This document shows, one piece after another, positions 52,988-64,000 of a DNA stretch of 64,000 nt. Position numbers and translations under genes: made by a program. The first letter of the stretch is position 1, and every line of letters begins with the position of its first letter. A model generated the notes under the pieces. It did not search any database, had not been told where the DNA came from, and saw only the letters and a list, made by a program, of their open reading frames with translations. Origin of the DNA: Octopus vulgaris. Taxonomy: Eukaryota. The stretch covers positions 131,998,001 to 132,062,000 of the forward strand of contig OX597817.1 of assembly GCA_951406725.2 (NCBI GenBank), read 5' to 3'.

Positions 52988-52990
<3 letters not shown>
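52795..52990 (+). mobile_element. Short element family E, ending in (TA)n
   Basis: Homologous to 8745-8960; carries an intact minimal hammerhead core. Confidence 0.7.
52856..52890 (+). ncRNA. Minimal type I hammerhead motif (dimer type)
   Basis: GTTT-CTGACGA-A-GAGC-TCC-GCTC-GAAA-CGTT-AAGC. Stem III reduced to palindromic ACGT, GUU site. Confidence 0.65.
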
Positions 52991-53044
<54 letters not shown>

Positions 53045-53061
53045 ATATATATATACATATA

Positions 53062-53119
<58 letters not shown>

Positions 53120-53596
53120 GCATAACATACATTAAAAACAAACATTCAAATACATGTATGTATTTGTCTATATTTATATCTATATCTACATATATAGGTT
53201 TGTGTGTATGTGTGTCTATGTGTTGTGTGTGTGTTTGTATACTCTTACATACATACACATCAACGTATGTATGTATGTATGTATGTATGTATGTATGTAT
53301 GTATGTATGTATGTATGTATGTATGTATGTATGTGTATAACTATGCATGCATTTATTCATGTCATTACTAATATTGCATTTCTACTTATCCTTGGGTTTA
53401 TAATACTGAAATGGATTGTAATTTATTCTTTCGAAAAATAATTTGTTTAACAATGAGGAAAACACAATATTTTTATCGTGCTTCACATATATTTATATTT
53501 TACACGACAAAGTCTTTTAAGTAAACGCTGTAATCTTTTAAACTCCATTAAGCACTTAATATCTTCATGTGGACACGTAAGGACTTTTAACTATCA

Positions 53597-53714
<118 letters not shown>

Positions 53715-53839
53715 GTATGTGTATGTGTGTGTATGTATATATGCGTATATACATACAAATATGCATACCTACATATATATTTAGATATATATATATATAC
53801 ATACATACATACATATACACACACACACACACACACACA

Positions 53840-53887
<48 letters not shown>

Positions 53888-54174
53888 TATACATACATAT
53901 ACATATAAAATCAAAATAAGCAACAGGATATCAAGCAGTGATGCAGTACCACCGTTTCAAGCGACACCATTTAATTGAATGATTCAATCGCAATATCAAT
54001 ATAAATATGGGGCCATCTCCAGCTACACAAACAAATAAATAACATTTTAACAGAGCAAGAAGATGGAAGAAATGTATGTTATCGCTATTGTAGTTAAGAA
54101 TAGACAACACAACTGCTTTCGACTTTTGTTTTTCCATAAGTTTCAAGTATATACATATGTGTGTGTGTGTGTGA

Positions 54175-54216
<42 letters not shown>

Positions 54217-55276
54217 TCACACACACACATATATATATATATATTTATATATATAGTTGAAATTTATAGAAAGACAAAAGACGAAGACAAGTGTATGAAC
54301 AACAAGCAGGTGTTTTAATTTGACGCTCGGGAAAATGAAAAAAGTCTTTTGCGCTTCGAGCCTACCCTCGTCAACAGAAAAGAACATGAGAAAATAAACA
54401 GAGATTGAATAAACAAAAAAAGAAGCTTGTGGATTTCAGTGGTCCAGCATGGCGACTGATTGGAAAATAAGTTCGAAATAAGTTTCGAAGAGGTTGAAAG
54501 CAGGGGAGATAATAAATTATTGGTGATCCCAATACGAAGGTGCGCATGCGTGTGTAAGTGTATAAGTGTGTGCCTCCGTAAATAGTGCCTCCTCATATAT
54601 ATATGAGTTTAGAGGGATATATTACTCGAGCTGATACCGTGGTAGCTCTCAGTGATGCATTCCAGGATACGGCTAACCGCATCGATTAGTATTTACCGTC
54701 TATAACTACTAGGAGTTATGACTCACGCTGTCAATTCCTCCGATAGGTAATTCCGTGTTAGCTTAATCGGGTTGTAACATTTTATCTGGAATGAATATTT
54801 GCAATAATTGTAACGATAGAGAGTATGGAGACTGGTACATACTCGATATTTATGGAGGTCAGCCTGATAATTTTACAAGATCGGATTTCAGATTCAAATG
54901 AACTTTCTCGCGCATCCCCCAAAATGCTAAATTCATTTCGCTTGAAGTCCAACTGGTTGAAAGAGCCGAAAGAAAGCTGTATAGAAAATTATGCCTGGTT
55001 GCATATGCAGCTACTCATGCTCTGTGTAGCAGAAACGCGTGTAGGTCGTCGTAAAGATAAATATATGCTGTATGACATTCTAAAATGATTACGAGTTAAA
55101 GTGCACTTCAACTCCTAATCGAACCGAGAGGAGTAAGAAGCAATTTTTTTTTGGTCGACTGATATTTTATTTTATTTAGATTGTTGGTTGCATGACACTC
55201 TTTAGAATTTTTAGTCGATTGTATATGCCTTCTTGATAGTCCGTTCTATATATCTGTATTTATATTCGCAAGTGAC

Positions 55277-55314
55277 TTTTGGAGGCGTGGTGTTATAACA
55301 CCACGCCTCCAAAA
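55277..55314. repeat. Perfect 38-bp palindrome
   Basis: TTTTGGAGGCGTGGTGTTA-TAACACCACGCCTCCAAAA. Confidence 0.9.
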
Positions 55315-55454
55315 ATCTGATCAATATTTTTTTTGTGTCTCAATTACATTTCAGCACTTCTTTGCAGTCTTATAAAACCTTTTGTCTCCATAAAAAGAAG
55401 CAAAAATTATTTCTTGCCGTTATGTGTGTGTGTGTGTGTGTATCTATTTAAGCG

Positions 55455-55885
55455 ACTGCGTGACTGTGTGGTAGGAAGCTTACTTACCAACAACATGGGC
55501 CGGGTTCAGTCCCACTGCCTGACACCTTGGGCAAATGACCTCTGCCATAACCTCGGACTGACCAAAGCCCTGTCAGTGAATTTATTAAACGGAAACTGAA
55601 AGAAGCCCGTCGTGTGTATATATATATTATATATATACGTATGTATATACAAATATGTGTGTGTGTATGTGTGTGTGTGTGTGTGTTCTCCGGTACCACT
55701 TAACACCAGTGTTAGCATGTCTCCGTAACTTAGCGGTTCGGCAAAACATTCCCGATGGAATAAGTACTGGTCTTTAAAGATCAAATGAAATGGGGTCGAT
55801 TCATTCGCCTAAAATTTCTTGAAGGCTCTGCTCCAGCATTGCTGCAGTCTCGTGACTAAAACATGCAAAAGATAAAAAGGTAAAA
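55455..55885 (+). mobile_element. SINE family B, diverged, full length
   Basis: GGTTCAGTCCCACTGC, CTTAGCGGTTCGGCAAAA and GCTCCAGCA tail motifs. Confidence 0.75.
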
Positions 55886-56459
55886 GATGTGGAATTGTCG
55901 GATAAATTCGTTCCATTCCTTTTCCATTCATTTTGCACTCATGTTTATTTTTGCCAATTTTATTTTCCCAATTTTCAATAACGATAAACTGCAATCGTTG
56001 ATGAAGAACACAGCTACAACAAACCACAAATCGCTATAAAAATATATTTGTATCCGTTTAAATAATATTGGCGCCAAAGTAGTCATACACGTTTCTGTTC
56101 TTTGGTATTCTCTCGTATGGTTATTCCTTTTTAGAAGTTTGAAAAGAATACAAGAGTCAGGTTTCGAGAGACAAGATTCTTGGACTGGATTTCATTCCAA
56201 GCTAAATCAATAATTTAAATTACTGAAATCTTTTAACCCATTCAAAATATTTATCTTTTGCAATTGCTGTAATGTTATTTCATGCCGTCAAAATATGGTC
56301 CAGTACAAACAGGATTGAATATCAACATGGAAACCATACAGCATTGGTGTTAAAAAATTCGCAAATACTTTCTCGTTCACAGATGAGAAATGGACAAACC
56401 TCTAAATTACCAAGTAATTTTTTCATGTACATGCATACATATATAAACACACACATACG

Positions 56460-56548
<89 letters not shown>

Positions 56549-56590
56549 GTATGTGTGTATGTATGCAAGTATTATATGTGTATATATATG

Positions 56591-56629
<39 letters not shown>

Positions 56630-56688
56630 ATTTTTATATAAATATAGATATATATATGTATATATGCATGTGTGTATACACACATATG

Positions 56689-56725
<37 letters not shown>

Positions 56726-59678
56726 GTGTGTGTGTGTGTGTGTGTAGGGGTCAATAGATTTTAATGATTCACAACAAACGGCCGTCTGTTTCAGTCTACT
56801 GATCCCATTGATCGGTGAAATGAAGAGATAGAGACATGCTTCTCTTTGATACAAATCATTAAAATTGATAAACATGTATTTACTTATTTTTGGCATACTT
56901 ACGCTTTAAATCTTTTATTTCGTTGTGGTCACGTGAAATATTACTATCCCCTTGAATGTGTGTGTGTGTGTGTGTGTGCATACATACATATATATATACA
57001 TATATAAGTGACTTTTCTATCAATATTCTGATATCGGTGCTTGAGATGTTCTCTCAACACAGTTATCTACTCGTTGATTTATAATGATAGTGGGCTACGA
57101 TTTCGCACGTACATGATTCATGCTTCACGTAGCCTGCAAATAAAAGCAGTGAAAGTCAGAAGACATCCGTGTCACAGTTTCGAACCTCTGCCTCCTAAAC
57201 TCTTTCTCGTACCCTCTTTTTCTCATGTCGCTCGAGTATGATAAAATACATTTAAAAGATGTCTTCTATTGAGATGAAGACCTTGCTGTACTCATTATAA
57301 GGTAAACGTTCTGGTTATTCTGACGCACTAATACAGATGCGCATATACACAAACATGCTTACAGACACATGCGTATACATACATACATATATATATGCAA
57401 ATAGATAGATAAATATAGTTACATATAAACAGATATACATACGCACACACACAAACACACACACATATATATATATATGAGGAGAGTGTGTGTGTGTGTG
57501 TGAGAGAGAGAGATAGAGAGAGAGAGAAGTAATAGAGATGACACTGGCAAAAACAAAGCCTATGTAATCAACTTCGTTAGCTCACAGCAATAAGATGCGG
57601 CGCACTCTGAGTTGATTACATGGATAGCATCCTATAGCTTCGTCGGAACTCCTAAGGCAATGTGCACCTTATTTGGGAAAATTACATTTTCGAAACATAC
57701 AGGCGTTATGAGTGAGTAAATCTACGTTGTTGCTTATTGAAAATTCTGTCCAAAAGAAGATAAAAATATGCAAATATACGCAGACATATAATCACCTAGA
57801 GAGAGCAGAGATAGACGGATACATGCGCACACGCGCACACACACACATATATATGGGCCCGTACAAAACACACATCTGATGTTGTGTTCTGAAGCATACA
57901 CATTTTGAGTTCAGCACCAGATTATTTGTCTCGCTTTGCCAAAGCTAAATGTTTACGCTTTCAAACTTCTCATATGTGATTTGGGTCTGGTTACTCTGAA
58001 GAAATTCCTCCCCAAAATATTTCCATAATATGAGCTTTTATAAATTTGATGTTGGTTTGGGGGTTTGAATCGAAACAATTGTAGGGATTATATTTTTATA
58101 TTATTCTTATAATAATATAAAATTATGCCAATAAGTTAACATATATATATAGAGAGGTGGAGTATGTGTACATGTGTGTATGTGTATTGTGCCGTTGGTT
58201 TTATAGCCGATCGCACTGAATAGTGGGTTCAATGGTGCGCAAAACAAAGTCACGCACTGTATCATCGTAAATTTTGCACGGATTTACTAAGTTTAGGAAG
58301 TGGTTTTACACGGCCACAAGCCGAGTTCCGCTATACATTCATCCATTCATCCATACATACATACATACATATACACACACAAACTCACTCACACACATAT
58401 GTAATTATGCTTAAAACAATAATATCTTTACTAGTGACTTAAAGAAGAATGTTATTAACAGTAACTGCGAAGTTTCGACCAGTGCAGCCATTATCGACTG
58501 AAACTTCAGAGTCGCTGTCAATAATATTCTTGTCTAATAATAATGATAACAAATTTGTAATCTACAAAAGAACTGAGTAGTCCATCAGATTAATGTAAAA
58601 TATTGTTTTTATTATAACCGAAATAACACGCGCACACATACACACATGTATATACATATCCTGCAATCATGTGACCGACCCGATTATCAGATGTTGTTAC
58701 ACATCGCTGGTACCAATGCGTTTTGCATTGATTCAACCAAGAAATGATACCACTCCGATGGCTCAGCGAGCAGACCAACATTCTCCCTTGATCGAAAGGG
58801 AACTGGTGCAACGTGAAATGAAGTTTTTTTGTCGAAGAACACAATGCGCCGCGCACTCTGGGAATCGAACCCAAAAACTAGCGATCGTGCGTGCAATAGC
58901 CTAACCACTAGGCCACGCACCTTCATACACACACATACACACACACACACACACATATACATATACATTTATGTACGTGCATACATATATACACATGTAT
59001 ACATGTACATAAGTATGTGTGTGTGCTCTGTTATATTTTTAGATCGTCGATAACGATAGAACTCTCCACTTTAATTGATTAATGACACGTGCACACATTT
59101 GCATTTCTAAGCACTTCTGCTGTCATTTTCAATTCTTTCTCATGCTAAAAACGTGTCTATCGATTAATAATACAACGTGCAATACAAGAGCATGTGTACT
59201 TTCAGCGTTCAATTATTGAATAGTGACAGAGAGAAAGAGACAACATCTCAGAATGCATTATTAATTATAGCTTGTTCTGTCGCCTGATTTTTACCCAGCC
59301 AAGTAAATCAAAACAACTCCCACTTTATTTGTGTAATGAAATCCCACAATTAACTGCCTGATATAGCAAAGCATCGGCCTAAATGCTTTACACTGTTTAG
59401 AATCCTTCGATTAATTATAATTTCTTACGCGAATCCTAGTAAAATAAGTGCTGGTAATTTACTAATATCAATTTACTGCGTGTAAGTATTTCTTAACAAG
59501 TAAGCTTAAGCGTGGCTGTGTGGTAAAACATTTGCTTCAGAGTTCAATCCCAACGCCTGGCACGCTGGAGAAGTATTTTCTACTATAGCTATGAGCTGAC
59601 CAAAGCCTTGTGAACGAATTTGGGAGACGGAATCTAAAAAAAGCACGTCGTATACATACATACATACATGCATATATG

Positions 59679-59751
<73 letters not shown>

Positions 59752-60174
59752 GGCGCAGGAGTGGCTGTGTGGTAAGTAGCTTGCCTACCAACCACATGGT
59801 TCTGGGTTCAGTCCCACTGCGTGGCATCTTGGGCAAGTTTCTTCTGCTATAGCCTCGGGCCGACCAAAGCCTTGTGAGTGGATTTGGTAGACGGAAACTG
59901 AAAGAAGCCTGTCGTATATATGTATATATATATGTGTATGTATGTGTGTGTATATGTTTGTGTGTCTGTGTTTGTCCCTCTAGCATTGCTTGACAACCGA
60001 TGCTGGTGTGTTTACGTCCCCGTCACTTAGCGGTTCGGCAAAAGAGACCGATAGAATAAGTACTGGGCTTACAAAGAATAAGTCTCGGGGTCGATTTGCT
60101 CGACTAAAGGCGGTGCTCCAGCATGGCCGCAGTCAAATGACTGAAACAACTAAAAGAGAAAGAGAAAGAGAAAG

Positions 60175-60175
<1 letters not shown>
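59752..60175 (+). mobile_element. SINE family B, full length, young-looking (older half copy at ~59510-59655)
   Basis: Near-identical to 25848-26262. Confidence 0.9.
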
Positions 60176-60199
<24 letters not shown>

Positions 60200-60206
<7 letters not shown>

Positions 60207-60815
60207 GTTCAGCAAAATTTAGATTCAAATGAATATGGTACCTAAGTTATCCATATAAATCCATGGGGTGATTATAATCAAAATAAGCAACAAGAATAAC
60301 TTTCACGCTACATCATTTTATTAAGTGTTGTAAGTATTAAAAGAGTTTTAAAATATTGAGCAATCATCAGCCATTAATAGAGGTTTTCCATTAATCCATA
60401 ATTTTCATATCAGTTGATAACATTATAGAGAAGGTAGATATATAGACAAAGATATCGATTTAAATTTAAGAACATTAAGATAGTAGAATTTATCAAGTGA
60501 CTGAAGAATATTCAGAATATTCAGTTGTTTTGAACTGCTAAAAGGTTTGGGAAGAATGATGAATTGAAAGGAGACAAGAAAGATTTTCTATTTATAGAAA
60601 TAGGAGAGAAATAGATGTCAAAGTTCTATATAAAGAAATTAAGGTAGAGAGAGGGTTGTAATGCTACAGAGGCTGTTTACTACTATTTGGCAAACCCATT
60701 TTGTATTAGGAAAACTAGGTCAATGTCAAATGGTCACACTGATCACTTATAGAGAATACAGAGATTCTTCTTAACTTATATACATCAACTTTATACTTAG
60801 CCGGTAGATTTTGAA
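60200..60815 (-). mobile_element. Second copy of the Penelope-like element at 15424-16105 (may extend to ~61050)
   Basis: Colinear reverse-complement homology; CTGATGA core at 60364-60370, stem III/cleavage segment deleted. Confidence 0.7.
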
Positions 60816-61254
60816 TATTTTGATACGTTGGATTAAAGGGGAAATTAAAAATCTAAAATGTATTCATTTTGGAGAAAAATCTATCACTTATTATGAGTAG
60901 GCATAATACTCATTAACTGAGGACAAAAGTCTTATTAATCAAGTGAATATATTAGGGGTCAAATATATATAATAGGAAAACTGGAAGAGGACTAATCAAG
61001 AAGAAAGGTTTTCATAGGTTTAGTAGAAGGTGATTTATTTTTATGAAGAGGAGTAATTAAGAAGAGTAAATTACTCAGATTTCGTTCGACTAAACATTCT
61101 TTGAAGTGGTGCTCCAGCAAGGCTGCAGTGCAGTCCTGTGGCCGAAACAAGTAAAAGATAGGCTTGCATTCCTCGCGATCAGTGCAGAGAAACGTGTCTG
61201 AAACCATACCATGTCATATGAAGAAGTATAACAACGATTGGGATAGTATTAGTT

Positions 61255-61490
61255 TCTTATTTCTTTATTACCCACAAGGAACTAAACATAGAGGGGGCAT
61301 ACAAGGACAGACGAAGGGATTAAGTCGATCACATCGACTCCAGTGCGTAACTGGTACTTAATTTATCGACCCCGAAAGGATGAAAGGCAAATCCGACCTC
61401 GGCGGAATTTGAGCTCAGAACGTAACGGCAGACGAAATACGGCTACGCATTTCGCCTGGCTTGCTAACTTTTCTGCCAGCTCGCCGCCTT
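61255..61490 (-). mobile_element. SINE family A
   Basis: Full head (TCTGCCAGCTCGCCGCC on +) and core. Confidence 0.85.
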
Positions 61491-61869
61491 AATCGTATTA
61501 GTTTCTGCCAGTGCATCTCTAGAAATTTTCTATAGCGTTTGGAGACATAGACGTATACGAATACGTATATGCAAACAACGCAGTCGAAGACAGAGAATAC
61601 GCAGTGGGTGTATATATATATATTTCAGGAGACATTGCTTCTTCTCCAGCAATACATTCAATCCATTAACTATTCACGTAAACATACCTTAAAAGGCCGC
61701 GCTAATTTTAATGGTGTAACACTGCTGGGTAGACGAGTTTTACATATTAAATACGTTCATAATAATTGCTGGTTGGGACACCTTATTTCGTCTTACAGTC
61801 ATTATATGCTACGAAGTATATTCAACATTCACAAGTTCATAATGCCTGCTGCTTTAACAATATGTGAGG

Positions 61870-62066
61870 GCTGCGAGCACGCCGGGTAAAGTGCTTAGTG
61901 GTATTTTGTCAGCCGTTACGTCCTGTGTTCAAATTCCGCCGAGGTCGGCTTTGCCCTTCATACTTTCGGCATCGATAAATTAAGTACCACTTGCGTACTA
62001 GTGTCGATCTAATCAACTGGCCCCCTCCCCTAAAATTTCGGGTCTTGTGCCTAGAGTAGAAAAGAT
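61870..62066 (+). mobile_element. SINE family A, inverted relative to 61255-61490
   Basis: AGCACGCCGGG...GTTCAAATTCCGCCGAGGTCG...GTGCCTAGAGTAGAAAAGA. Confidence 0.8.
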
Positions 62067-62693
62067 TAACAATATGTGAATGCACGATAGGGTTGCCATG
62101 GCTTGGGATCTGTGTCTCTAAGGAATATTAGAAGTTTTAAGCATCATCAATCATCATCAATCACACGAGTTGAAGAAGCATACCAACTGATGTTACTCGA
62201 CTGCGTTTCTATTTATAAACACGGCTTTGTTGTAGTTCGAACACCACCGTGAGGCAGTTTAGAGTTACTGCTTAACATTACTGCTAACAATGCAACAAAC
62301 TATTATGGAATTGGTAATATTCTCTGGGTGTTAATATTAATAATAATAAAAGTAGCCTGGTGACAGACTCGTTAGCACCGTGGGAAAAATGCTACGTTTC
62401 CTATCGAAACATCAGATGTATACAAGCAATGTATTCGGAGACAAACCTTTAATATATAAATATATTACGTGTTCTGCATGGCGTGGTGTAATACCTGAAT
62501 ATGTCATGTTTTTTCTATCAATTTTTTTGTTTTCCATTTTGCAACCAACGAATATTAAAAAATTGATCATATTTTGAAGTGTTTCTGAATGTTTTTCTCT
62601 GTATATTGTCACGCTGCTTATCCTTCTTCACTCACTGTAAAAATCAGCTGCAGAAAACTCTGAGTAATGATTCAAGAAATATTAGATGTTACT

Positions 62694-62725
<32 letters not shown>

Positions 62726-62993
62726 TGCGTGGAGGGCGTGTGTGACCGTGCATGTGTGTGCGAGTTTGTGCATGATTTTGTGCGCTTTTCAGTGTGGTAA
62801 GTGGCTCAGTGTATAAAGAAGAGCTCTTCAGGTCTGGTACATGATTTGGTTTGGAATAAGAGTTAAAATCAATTTACTTACGGCTTTCAGAACTCTTGAG
62901 AATATTATGAACGCACTAAACCTCACAGCAAATTCTCCATGCTTAAACAAGGAATCCACAGATGTTGTTACATTGATATATATGTGTGTGTAA

Positions 62994-63037
<44 letters not shown>

Positions 63038-63386
63038 GTATATAGGTATGTATAGACGTGCATGCAGATACAGGAATATGTATAACTCAAATAAGAGGAA
63101 ATTAAAAAGTTCCTCCAAGAAATGGAGAAAGAGAGAGAAAAAAACGGCGAATTTGTTCAAGTCTGTGTGAAATTGTCTAAAATTGCACGGTTTGCTAGGC
63201 TCAAAGTGGATTTCAGATAGAAAGCATTGAGAGAGAGCGTATTGATCTACAAAACTTGTGTTTCGTAATTGCTGAACCATAAATAAAAGACAGCATCCTT
63301 GAATTTCCTGACGTTTATAGAACTTGCAAGGAAGCGGCTTCCATAGTAGTTTCCACATACATCAACGTAGACACAATTTATATGTA

Positions 63387-63443
<57 letters not shown>

Positions 63444-63565
63444 GCATATATGGGAACGTTGCGAGCATCCAAAGACGAGATTACGTTTTTGAAATATTGC
63501 TATAGATTCTAGTATGCATTATTTCCAATAATATACTAATTTACAGTTTTTGCTTCATTGTGTGT

Positions 63566-63621
<56 letters not shown>

Positions 63622-63792
63622 GTGTGTATGTGTGTACAAACATATACATGTGTGTGCGTTTATGTGCATGAGCATGTGTGCATGCATGTGTGTGTCTGCG
63701 TGTGTGTGTTTGTGTATGTGTGTTTGTGAGTATGAGCAAGTGTGCATGCATGTCTGTGTACGCATGTGTGTAGTCGTGTGCTTATATGTGTT

Positions 63793-63831
<39 letters not shown>

Positions 63832-63835
63832 TATT

Positions 63836-63913
<78 letters not shown>

Positions 63914-64000
63914 CATATATATCTGTGTATGGTGAAGGTTGCTTTCTGCATTGATTCTGAAAGCAATTATTCGGTGGTAACGATGTGTAAAAAATTTATT

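Noticed and set aside
58850-58925. tRNA-like sequences (also 10230-10285, 24390-24460, 26665-26735)
   Set aside because: A/B boxes are present but no complete cloverleaf is evident; the better-preserved ones continue into SINE bodies.

Overview
AT-rich, microsatellite-dense eukaryotic genomic DNA. The repeat landscape (tRNA-headed SINEs, (TA)n/(CATA)n/(TAA)n arrays) suggests Octopus or another coleoid cephalopod; this is an inference. Almost all ORFs in the track are microsatellite artefacts. The only host coding sequence I can support is two + strand exons (33750-33869, 48313-48419) that splice in phase into a hormone-receptor (HRM) domain, most like an adhesion/class-B GPCR, so most of the window is probably intronic. 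The rest is transposon-derived: a Chapaev3-type deletion derivative, a long-TIR MITE with an 8-bp TSD, CR1/L2-like LINE remnants, a stack of R4/Dong (restriction-like endonuclease) LINE fragments in (TAA)n arrays, several SINE families and many fold-back palindromes. The most notable signal is a set of unrelated short non-coding elements, mostly in or beside microsatellites, carrying type-I minimal hammerhead ribozyme motifs with palindromic stem III (Penelope pLTR/retrozyme-like). The best example, 35215-35857, is a 484-bp terminally redundant unit with a 70-bp inverted 5' segment, sense to the host intron.
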